Shown here piece after piece: positions 53,601 to 64,000 of a stretch of DNA of 64,000 bases. The notes below the pieces were generated by a model, which was not told where the DNA came from, did no database searches, and saw nothing but the letters and a program-made list of their open reading frames with translations. Position 1 is the stretch's first letter; every line of letters begins with the position of its first letter. This DNA comes from Bugula neritina (Eukaryota; Animalia; Bryozoa), in the NCBI GenBank assembly GCA_964035545.1, contig OZ037768.1, positions 6,976,741 to 7,040,740 of the forward strand. Reading direction: 5' to 3'. Position numbers and translations under genes: made by a program.

Positions 53601-56600
53601 ATTGAAACTCGAACTAAGATATCAAAGACCTATGTCACATTTCATAAAACTGTGCATAACGTAAGAAAAATGAACTTTCTGTCTTTATTTCTTTTAATTT
53701 GCTGTATTTGTGCAAGAATAATATTTCATGGCTGAGCACTTTTTCTCATTAGAAAGCTTGAGGTCTTGACCTTTTGTACACATGGAACTAAGAAAATATA
53801 TTTGACATAGAAGATGGAGAAAATTGTTAAAAAACTATCTATAAGGAATTATTTATTCTTGCATGATGCATTTATGAGAAATTTTTGCTAAACTTCTAGT
53901 ATCATGAAATTTAGTTTTCTGATGTGCATACCTTCTGCTATATATAGATTCCATCAATCTTCATTGAATGTGTCTTTTATTTTATTGTAAATGTAGTGGA
54001 CTTTAATTACTGATGATTTGGAGGATTTGCTCAAGACAGATGTTAGTATAGCTACTGACTCATTGACCAATGAGGTCAAGGGCAAGTGGACGTCTGCTTG
54101 TGATGTGTCCAAGCAAGCCAATGCTAATGCTGCCGACATGCAGTCGTTGCTCACACAGGTAAGTAAATTACAATTGTTTTAATCATTTTATGTGTATCAA
54201 GTATAGAAAATGATCTTTATAACTTTGAGTTTTTCAATGTTTAGCTTTTAGAATTTATTTGAGAAATTTTTTTTCTGGTAAGTAACTCACTGAATCTAAA
54301 CAGCGCTGTGCTATAAATAATTATTTTATTATGTGCTGATCATTTGTGACACAACTAATTATTTTTTGTATGTCAAAAATGAGAGACGGTTTGCTTAAAA
54401 TTAGGAATTTTTTCATTTGTAGTATTTGAAATTTATTAAAAATCCTTTTCTTTGTTTCAGTCTCATACTGTCTTTTTGATTATCAGATTGTTAACACAGC
54501 TTACTTTACAGACCCATGAAGACACAAGTTTGCACACTGCCGAAGTTTCGCAGACAATGAAGAAAATATTGACTGAGATGAGAGAGCGAAAGGAGACGCT
54601 GAGCCAGCTGTTTGATAATTGGACGATGCACGTTTCTCAAAGCAAAGCTTTTAAAACTCAGTGGAATACCTTTCTAGAAGAAAGTAGAAAGGTTGATTTG
54701 CTTTATTATTAAATATCAGATCCTTGGCACATAAACACCGATGTTCAACATGATATTTATCTAATTTGATTGAAAATTAAAAAATAAGTTGTCATACTCA
54801 GTCTTGATAGGCCCACTTGTCATGTCCCATGCAATTTCATTTTTTTTAATGACTCCAACTTTATTCTGAATAAATATGCCATAATATTGCTATAGTAGTG
54901 TTTATTTATTATTTTTGTTAGATCATAGACTGGGTTTTAAAGACCGAGCATGAGTTTTTCCCATTAATTGTGGGTGACCTAGGTGACAGCCTTGAGAGAA
55001 CAACGCACTGCACAGATAGACTAAATGAATTTGATGCTATAGCTAAGGTGAGATAATATCTCCTGTTATTACTCTTGTAGATTATTGCATGGGTAAAAGA
55101 GGTAGAGGGGAGTTTCTTTGAACCCATGTTAGCCGGTGAATTGGGCTCAACAATTGAGGGTTGCAAGTCACTGAGCGATCAGTTAGATTCTAATCATAAG
55201 CGTTGCCAGGTAACACATTCTACAATATCATTACATACAAGCTAACGTAATGTGATTGGCTATTTATAGATTGATAGAATGTGGTACCGGCTCTATACCA
55301 GTCTAGTGGTTCTCAGGCTTCTTATTCACAACTTAATATTGTCTAATGCTTTTTTAGTTGTTTAAACATTACAGCTCATGTTCGCTACTTGTGATTCGTT
55401 GATCATTGGTTCGCAATGCATGTATATGCTGTTTAAACTAATTGACTTTACATGTAGTGTACTTAGCAAAAACAGGGGAGGGAAGGGAAATATATTTTTT
55501 CTCTTAACGTCTGAATAATTTAGCCACTGTTGAATTAGTTATGGTTGCCATGGATAGCTGTTTAAGTTACATGAGATGAGAGAAATACTAATAAAATATT
55601 ATTTCTGCAGGAAGTAAAGGAGAAAATTGAGAAGCAGATAGAAACAGCTGAGATGTTATCTCTAAAGGGCAACACTGGAAGAGAACATGACCTGATCATC
55701 AACGAGCTCATCAAAGTGCACCAGAGGTTTCAGGCCCGAATATCGGAATACAGAACTCTGTTGACCATGTCCATTAAGTTCTACAAGGACTTGGAAGAGG
55801 TGAGTTTACACAATGGCATGCAGTCCTTCACATCAGGGTTCATGAAACTACTTGATTAGAATCTCACAATGTTGGACTCGTTACTTTGAAACCTTGTCAG
55901 TTACAGAGTTATGATTTGTTATGTGGAATTTAGATTTATTATATAAAATGTATGTTGAAGTTAGTGCAAAGATTCACCACTGTAGCCCTATTTTTATATA
56001 TTAGAGTGAAACAAAAGTGCTCATGTTAATTGAAATACAATACATCTAAAAGTTTCACAATGGCATCTTGAATAACGATTATTCCCCTTTAGATGTCAAA
56101 TGATATGTGATCATGAATTGCAGTAAATAATGCTACAAAATATTTCACCTGACCATATTTATTTATTTAACGATTTTATAAATATTGTAAAGCATTTGTT
56201 ATAGATAGTGTTTCAATATAACAATGTTGATATTATTAGTTTAACATGGATATGAACATGGTAACAGCTTTCTTCCCATCTCCTCAATCTCTTCTCTAAA
56301 TATCTGATTTGATAAAACATGGCTTATCTAATATTTACAATATTATTATATTGATTGATTTGAAGGTCTTTTGCCACTATTGACACTTTTTCAGATCACT
56401 AGAAACCTTGAGGTTAATTGAATCTACTTACCATAAAAATATGTGCATAAAAATAAATTCTATAATATTAGGAAGCAAAAATGTCTTAAGCATGTATTAT
56501 GCAAGGTTAAAACTAATATTAAAAATAACGTTAATTATTAAGGAAATTCTTACAGCATACAAAATACAAAGATGTTGTTGGCTAGAATTAGTAAGTCTCA

Positions 56601-59600
56601 AGCAATATAAGTGGCAGAAGACCTTCCGTTGTACTACTGTTATTATTATGCTACTACTAACTGCTGTGTGATTTGGTGTTGTCCTCTTTTCTTGACATCA
56701 AATTACAATTAAAATAATCAACATCAGATTACAGATTATCAACATTTTGATTATTACTTGTTATTTTACTCTCAAATTTTGACTCTATAACATGTTTTTA
56801 TAATAACATCAAGAAATTATTAAAAATTGCTTTACTTACACTTATTTAGCTTTCTTGCTCCCAAAGAGCATAACGTCTACTCACCAGGTCTTTTAGGCTA
56901 TTAAGTTTTTACTAACATATGATTTGAAAAACTAGTTGATAATGGTAGTACCTGATCCAAATATTATGTGATCATCATGGTAAGAGTCTTTTTTACAAAT
57001 TGTTGAACATTATTATGCTTCCATATATAATGTGCAGTTGGAGAAGACCCTAACAGAGTTTGAAGAGAAGTACAAGTCAACAGACATACCCTCCTGTGAA
57101 CATCTCACCAGTTCTGTGCTACACGAGCACACAGCTGAGAGGGAGAGAGTTCTACATCTCATAGACAGAGTGGCTGCTGCCGGCGAAGAGATCGTCATCA
57201 GAGTCAGACAGCAGAATACTGATCAAGTACGGTTCTAGTGAATATTTAATACTTGATAATTAGCTTTTTCTGGTGCTGGGTTTTGATCCATCCCAGCAGT
57301 CTACCAAGTATCATATTTGTGTACATATACCTTCATTACCTGTTTTAGTAAAAACATAGTCCCTTAAATGTTTACAGTTTGTGTTTAGACCAAATTTAAA
57401 GTACAATTAATTTGCCGGCGTCTATCTTTATTTGCAATGCTATTTGTTCTAGCTTCATGTCAATTTTCAGGGAAGTTAGTGAGTTCTCTTTCGCAAACGG
57501 TCAACTTCTTGGTATGTTTCTGTTTTCAATGGTCTTTTAAATTTACCTAATGTCACAGATATACACGGAGCACATTGAGAGGTTGCTGTTACAAGCCAAC
57601 AAGAGGCTGCAGACGTTTGAAGATGCATGGGCTGCTAAGCAGAGACAGCTGGAGAAGGTAATGGATGAGCCAACTGCTGTAGCACAGCTTTCTCCACAGA
57701 TGGAAAAGGTTTGTCTTCTATTTCTGTTATGTTTCATAACTGATTATATTCTAGTTTTTTTATCCTCTAATTATCTTAGAGTTGCAATTTCTATTGCATT
57801 TTATAATTGGTTTTATTCTATTTTTATTCTTATATTTGTATTGCTCCATTTCTAAACTATTTCTTGTTTACTATCATATTAATTCCCAGATTAAAACTTG
57901 TACTTGTGTTACCAGATAAAGGAAGATATTGCAGCACTCAATCAGCAGCTGTTTCACCTAAAAGTCAGTATGGCATCCACACTGCCTGGTCTCAAAACCA
58001 ACCTTGCATCTGCTCGTGCTCTGCAAGACAAACTTCAAGTAGGTTTACAGTGTCTTTGGTCATAGAATTGTTATATATACCTTCTTCACCTTGCACCATA
58101 GTGTTCTAAAATTGCCTGCCGGAATGTTTGAATAATTTTTCTAAATTTTTTAGTAGTGAGGTGTTGTATACATATTATTTACAATGACAATAACATTCTT
58201 TACTCATGTAGCCAATAAAAGAAGAGCTGATGAAACAGCCTGCACCAAGCCCTGAGTCTCAGCCAATGCATGACGATGTAATTAGTGACTACAACACTCT
58301 GGAAAGCGGAGTTAATGACTTTGTGAAGTTCTTGGAATTATCTACACAGTTTTATTCTCTTTATGATGAGGTATGCAAGCATTATAATTATTTCATATGT
58401 AAATTAATAGAAGTTTACTAGATGTTTTATGACTGTAATGCGTATAGCAAAATTTTACTGAGCAATATCCAGCGAAAGGAATAAATGAGTTCAAAGATAA
58501 ACATAAGAAAATTGAGTTAGTGCCCTTAGTTATCTAATAATGGTTTGCAAAGTATTTACTGCTGGTCTATACACAATTATTGAGTGACATTTTTAAGATT
58601 TTTATCTCAGCTCAATATGCATACTCAGTTAAACTGTTTATGGCATTACTTTTTTAATGTAAATGCAATTTGGTAAAAGGCAAATGTTTTTTCTGTTCAA
58701 CAGAATTTTTATAATTCTTCAAGTAGGCCATTGTTATTGTTTTCACATGCATAAACAAAATTCTGTCACTTATGCAACTTTTTACTAACTTCACTAATGA
58801 ACTAATACTGTGCTTCTCCTGTGGTGAATTTTAGCATGGACAGTCATAAAAAATTGATTAAAATCCACAGGTTCACTATTGCTCTGTTGAACATTTTCAA
58901 GTAATGACTTATTTGCTTAAAATTGTACACGCTTAAAGTTTTCAAAAACTACTACGAGGTGGCCGGCGACGTTAACGTCAAGGGCCTCTATAGCTCAGTG
59001 GCAGAGCGCTGGTCTTGTAAACCAGCGGTCTTGGGTTCAATCCCCAATGGAGGCTCCTTTTTTTTACTGATGAATTTTATCCTTGATTTATTGAACATGG
59101 TAACAACTGTATGTGCTTAGGGATAATATTATATTACATAGTTTTACTCATAAATTAAATTGTTTAATTGTGTATTGAAAACATGTTGTAAAAAACTTTT
59201 TTCATTTTAGTAGGCTGTTTACAAATTAAATTATGGCTTTTGGTTAGTAAAATTAACGACATGATTTGATATTTTTTATTAAGAAAGTGGTGGTTTCACA
59301 AACTTTTATGACTTCGTGATGAAATTTGGATATATGGTTTTCTAATTTACGGTAAATTTGCTTGAGCGTTTATAGCTTGGAAAAAGTTGCTGCTATTGTC
59401 CTGACATTCATTGAATGAATAGAGCCAAAAATCTTTTGTATCAATAAGAATATAAAATGACCCATATACCTAATTTAGTTTTGGTTAAAGTGTAGCATTG
59501 TTAGTTGTTTTGCTGATGATTTCTTTGAAAGCATATAAAATTCCTATTTGACTTTCAAAAACTTCATTGGAAGCCAACTCACAAATAAACCTTATAAGCG

Positions 59601-62600
59601 TAAAGCTTGCATATGTGGATACATAAAATTTGATATTTTGTGTCGTATTTCATGAACATGTTATGCTCAAGAATATTAGTGGTATTTTTGTTTTATATTT
59701 TGTTAATATAGCTTTTTCTAAATGACTATCCCAACTTGTGCCATCTCATTAAAGTATCAGAGTAGCAGAGATTTGCTACTTCACATTATATGAATAAAGA
59801 AACAGATTGAACCTAATAACTTGGCTCTAATACTGTACATCTGTTTTCTCTTGATAAAAATTTGTGGCACTGATACAAACGAAAGCTACTTGACTTCTGA
59901 TCACACTATTATAATACATCTGGTGTGGTTGCAGAGTGAACAGTGGATTGGGGAGACAACTCTTCTCCTCAACAACACAAACTCTCAGTCCCTATCATGT
60001 CGAGACGTAAACCAGCTTTCCGACTTGCAGAGAAATTTATCCGACTTCCAGTCTACTCAAGTACCAGTTCAGAAGGAGAGACTGAATCAGATGGCGACTT
60101 TGTCTGTTCAGCTCTACGGTGAGTGCTGTTGGTGTGTAGGCATGATGTCACATTGGAGCAGGACATTTGATCTTGTCTTAGTATTTATATAATGTAGTGA
60201 CCAATACGTGATCGTAATAGAGAAATTCATAATCAATGTTTTGAGTAATTGAAGGAAATTAAAATTTTTTCTCTATCCATTTTAGTTTAATAAAAGTCTG
60301 AACTAATACGTGGGTTTATTATGTGCTTGTTTTTGTTTAGGAAACCAACTCCTTTTGGTTTGCCTAATTATATTGGAACTATAGATATATTGCACATGAT
60401 AGTTACATATATTACTCAGCTAATAATTTATCTATATGATAATTATATAGCATTTAGATACAGCAGGGAAGAAATTTAGATAACCTAAGTTCTTTAATTT
60501 CCTCTATATATTTTTTTTTGGTGCACAGGTTAAAATTCTTAGGAGAACAGAACTTCTTTTGTTAGATTTCTAATCTAGAACACAGGCTTTTCTCCATTAC
60601 TACATCTACCTTTCATATAATTGTATGCATGCATATATACGTTTACCAGGTCCAGATGGGTCACAGAAAGTTCAACCAATCAGTGACAAAGTATCTGATC
60701 TGCAGATGTTTTTGGATCGAGCACAGCATGACTTGGCGTCTCTACAACACTCGTTGAAACAACCTGCTGACGCCACAGAGTTTATGGATACGACTGACAG
60801 CATGGTGTCTAGCCAAGCAGAAAACCTTCAGCTACAGCCTCAGCTCATCCCACAACCCCAGGTCACCCCACAGTCTCAGGTCACCCCACAGTCCCAGGTC
60901 ACCCCACAGACCCAGGTCACCCCACAACAAGCCTATGTTGTACAGCAGTCACAAGAACATACTGTTCACACTACTAAGTTTATTTCCACTGAAGATGTGG
61001 TGTCTGAAGCCCAGCATGAACCAGGTTCTCCTCCGAGAGCACCGATGGCTGGTGCTGTTCAAGTGTTACCTATGACATCACAACATGGTAAAACTCCGCC
61101 TCCAGCTACTAAGCCTAAGCCTGTTACCAACAAACCTCCGACATTCCTCACCCAACTCCAGCCTGCCGAGATTAATGAAGGAGACAAGTAAGTAACGGCA
61201 GTGGTAACGCTTTTTCGTATGTTCAGATACTAGTAAGGTGAACACTCGCTCACCAATGTAGGTTTTAGTCACCATCATATGTTTTACTTGATTAGATATT
61301 TACCACACTTATAGATATCATTCTGCTTGTTGACCTACGGAGTTTGAATTTATATTATACTAAGCACAGACATGATATCAACAGTTTGTGGCTGATACAT
61401 CCAACCTTGATAGATATTTGTTCAATAAATAGTAAACATCTTTTATGCTCAGGCATTCATAGGATTTAGTACTATAGCTTATAGGAATTTTACGTGCTCA
61501 AACTTTTGATGTTTTTTGGTTAAAAGTGTCCTTTATATAGTTTTCGTATTACTTTAATAACTAATACCAATACTAATACCAATACCAATACTAATACCAA
61601 TACCAATACCAATACTAATACTAATACTTAATACCAATACTTTAATTACTATGATACTTCAAAATTATCTTGTGACAGCCTATAGATATTGAAGTAGACA
61701 CTATAAGCATGCATTTATATAGTTTTGTAGAATTATGTTGTTCCTATGTCTTTGTATGTTGTAGACAGGTTTAGATGTCTTTGTATGTTGTAGGCACTGT
61801 TTTAAAGCTCAGTTAGAAAGTTCAGCTCCAGTTGAAGTTGTGTGGTACAAAGACGGGCTCCCCATTAGCTCTCCTGACTATGAGCAGAGGTTTGAGAACA
61901 ACTGGGCCTCCTTGACTATTGAGGAGACTTTCTCAGAGGATACAGCTGTGTACTCAGTCCAGGCTTCCAACCACCTGGGAACAGCTAACAGTTCCGCCCA
62001 GCTTATTGTCAAAGGTAATACAACTCCTACATGTCAGGTAACACAACTTGTGTGCACATTAGAGGTAACACAATTCCTCTCTGAGGACTATAGGCTGTAT
62101 AGCCTATGCTGGTAAGCAGAGGAGCAATAAATTTTGACGAGTTTGCTTTTGGAAATACAAAGCAGTTGTAGTCTATATACAGTAGACTTCAATCCATAGT
62201 ATTTACACTTATTCTAGTTTTTATAGTAAACTTTATATTACCGACTGATGTGTGGTTATTAGTACATACGTCTGTCTGTTCTGCTGTTCTGTATGAATGC
62301 TGAGTGATGTGTGAGTGGGATTTGTACTCAATACTCGAGTTGTTTTGATTGGTGGATAGTGATCCAACTCAGGTTTTTATGTATTCTGAGTTTGTTTTGA
62401 CTTTGGAAACTAGATGTTTGTGGGTCTAGCGGTGGAAATAGTAGGTTTTGTATATTTGTTTAGGACTGCATCAAAAGGGCTTTCAGTTAAACGGGTCTGC
62501 TCCATGTCTTTGTAGAAACACGGTTCAAATTGGTAGAACCAGACTTTGTGCGAACTCTAAAGTCTTGTGATACTTTTGAGGGCGGTCCATTTGTGCTAGA

Positions 62601-64000
62601 ATGCGAAGTAACTGGTAGTCCCTCCCCTACCATCTCATGGTATAAAGAGAATGCCAATGTTGACAATTCTCCCGAATATGTCATAACTAAGATTAATGGA
62701 ATATGTACACTTAGAACCAAGAGCTCAAATTCTGAACATTCGGGTCGTTATACTTGTCTTGCAGTAAATTCAGCAGGCGAAGCGAGTTCAACAGCCCGAG
62801 TTAATGTCATACGTAAGCATCAATGTTTTAGAAGTTTGCAATTGAGTGCGTGTGTGCATTGAAGCTTGAGAGTTTTGAATGTATAACAGAGAATGTGCGT
62901 GATGTGGTTAGAACAGTCTACTGGGAGTTATCATTCCTTTTCTGAATGCTTCTTTTGCCCCCAATAATAAGAATCTAAGTAAAAAGTATGCATCAATACA
63001 TATGGACGCTCATTTCAACTGGACATCCAGTATTGCTCTGTAAGGTTATTTGACTTGATTTTCTAATGCCCAAGACCGTTTTGTTATTAAAAAACTATGT
63101 AGATTTACCCTATCTTTATAATATAGATCTATTTGTATTGTAATATAAGAATAGGATTTGTAATGTAAGGACGCAGATTCATCTAGTGATGGCATAATTT
63201 TGGTCCAAATAAAGCCTCAATAATATTGCTAGTAGATATATGTATATTCATATGGATGCTATGAGTAGGTCTCCAAGTTTCTAGTGATACAAAACTAGTG
63301 TTAAGTGTTAGTATTCTTTTAAGGTAGTGCTCACAATAAAATGTTTAGCTGCCCTAATTACTGTAGAATTTTTACAATGGTGGGTTGTGAATTTTTTCCA
63401 GTTTTAGTTAGTTGAAAATGACTTTTAACTTAAAAATATAGAATTTTAGTACTGCAAAGTTTGATACTACCTGTTTTAGGAGTGTTTGTTCTGCATTTCT
63501 AACATGCTTGATTTTGTTGGAGTTATCCCAGTTTTCTCTAATTGAAAGATTGCTTTTTTGCAAACTGGTGTGTGAATATATTACTATGTTTTTAGCTGGA
63601 ATGGCACCGAGACTTGTAGCTCCCCTGCAGGATATGGTGGTAGAATCAGATCGTCCCGTTGAGATCACATGTCAGTTTGAGGCGTCTCCCACCCCTTCTG
63701 TACAATGGTTTAGAGAAGGGTTGGTGATTAAACCCTCTACAGATTTCGCTGTAAGTATTAAAGCTGTTGGAGTTGAAATGTTTGAGATTTGTTTTAAAAA
63801 CCTACAAATAAATTTGCCAATCTATGTTACATAATATAACACATATGCCTAGTAGGTTTGTTATTTCATATTATAAATGTTTTTCACAGTGATATTCGTT
63901 GTTTACAGATACGCAATAGCCCAAATTCCACCACTTTGGAGATTAGTTTAGCATTCCCAGAAGATTCGGGAACGTTCACAGTTGTTATAACCAACTGTAT
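40339..64000 (+). CDS. CCDC141: CCDC141-like / zormin-like spectrin-repeat + I-set Ig-domain protein (titin-locus family), 3'-incomplete
   Basis: Exons 40339(ATG 40360)-40494, 40903-41025, 46685-46876, 49745-49853, 50209-50450, 50771-51082, 51986-52180, 52299-52412, 52831-52953, 53469-53660, 53997-54158, 54512-54691, [54922-55047 or 55081-55209], 55611-55799, 57038-57226, 57559-57708, 57916-58038, 58212-58370, 59935-60118, 60650-61187, 61794-62014, 62516-62812, 63596-63750, 63909->64000. N-terminus VATVAIQSGQSRIVIAVLR-AGDWVQ...IGLTLEDAKRLRKEH resembles the CCDC141 N-terminus; three Ig domains (WYKDG...DTAVYSVQASN, CEVTGSPSPTISWYK...GRYTCLAVN, CQFEASPTPSVQWFR). Confidence 0.82.
41534..41602. 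repeat. (TA)n microsatellite
   Basis: Direct inspection. Confidence 0.95.
43392..43565. repeat. AT-rich low-complexity tract (TATTAC / TATAA motifs)
   Basis: Direct inspection. Confidence 0.8.
54922..55209 (+). other. Tandem paralogous exon pair (126 and 129 nt), predicted mutually exclusive
   Basis: Both exons are phase 0-0 and homologous, and they are separated by only 33 nt containing an in-frame TAA. Confidence 0.8.
58984..59055 (+). tRNA. tRNA-Thr(UGU), intronic
   Basis: Acceptor GCCTCTA/TGGAGGC, D arm GCTC/GAGC, anticodon stem CTGGT/ACCAG with loop CTTGTAA, T arm TTGGG-TTCAATC-CCCAA; 72 nt. Confidence 0.95.
59058..59065 (+). terminator. RNA polymerase III oligo(T) terminator of the tRNA-Thr gene
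   Basis: Run of about 8 T beginning 3 nt after the discriminator base. Confidence 0.8.
60838..60930 (+). repeat. Coding 18-bp repeat encoding (QVTPQx)n
   Basis: CAGGTCACCCCACAG(TCT/TCC/ACC) units within exon 60650-61187. Confidence 0.9.
61558..61640. repeat. (T/C)AATAC hexanucleotide microsatellite
   Basis: Direct inspection. Confidence 0.9.

Noticed and set aside
57471-57511. 41-nt AG/GT-bounded segment as a cassette or poison exon
   Set aside because: Flanking exons join cleanly in phase 0 without it and the downstream intron would be only 47 nt; unsupported without RNA data.
58923-59120. 65-aa ORF
   Set aside because: Overlaps the tRNA-Thr gene; not protein-like.

Overview
AT-rich, intron-rich nuclear DNA from an invertebrate animal (lophotrochozoan-like; the taxon is an inference). 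Most ORF-track entries are exon fragments or noise, so gene models were rebuilt by hand from GT/AG boundaries and reading frame. In order: the last two exons of a bubblegum-type acyl-CoA ligase (ACSBG, +); a (TA)n-embedded 273-nt unit bounded by type I hammerhead ribozyme motifs (retrozyme/Penelope-type); a 14-exon TBC1D30 Rab-GAP gene (+); a convergent LRRC74A-like LRR gene with two C-terminal EF-hands (-); and, from about 29.8 kb to the window end, a giant + strand locus. That locus has a SESTD1-like Sec14+spectrin module followed by a CCDC141-like spectrin+Ig module (zormin/sallimus-titin-like architecture), possibly joined through a GC-AG intron. It also contains a pair of paralogous exons only 33 nt apart (probably mutually exclusive), an intronic tRNA-Thr(UGU) gene and copies of a tRNA-derived SINE. 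Top leads: the hammerhead-bounded structured monomer, the SESTD1-CCDC141 junction, the mutually exclusive exon pair, and a minisatellite built from a 5' splice site.
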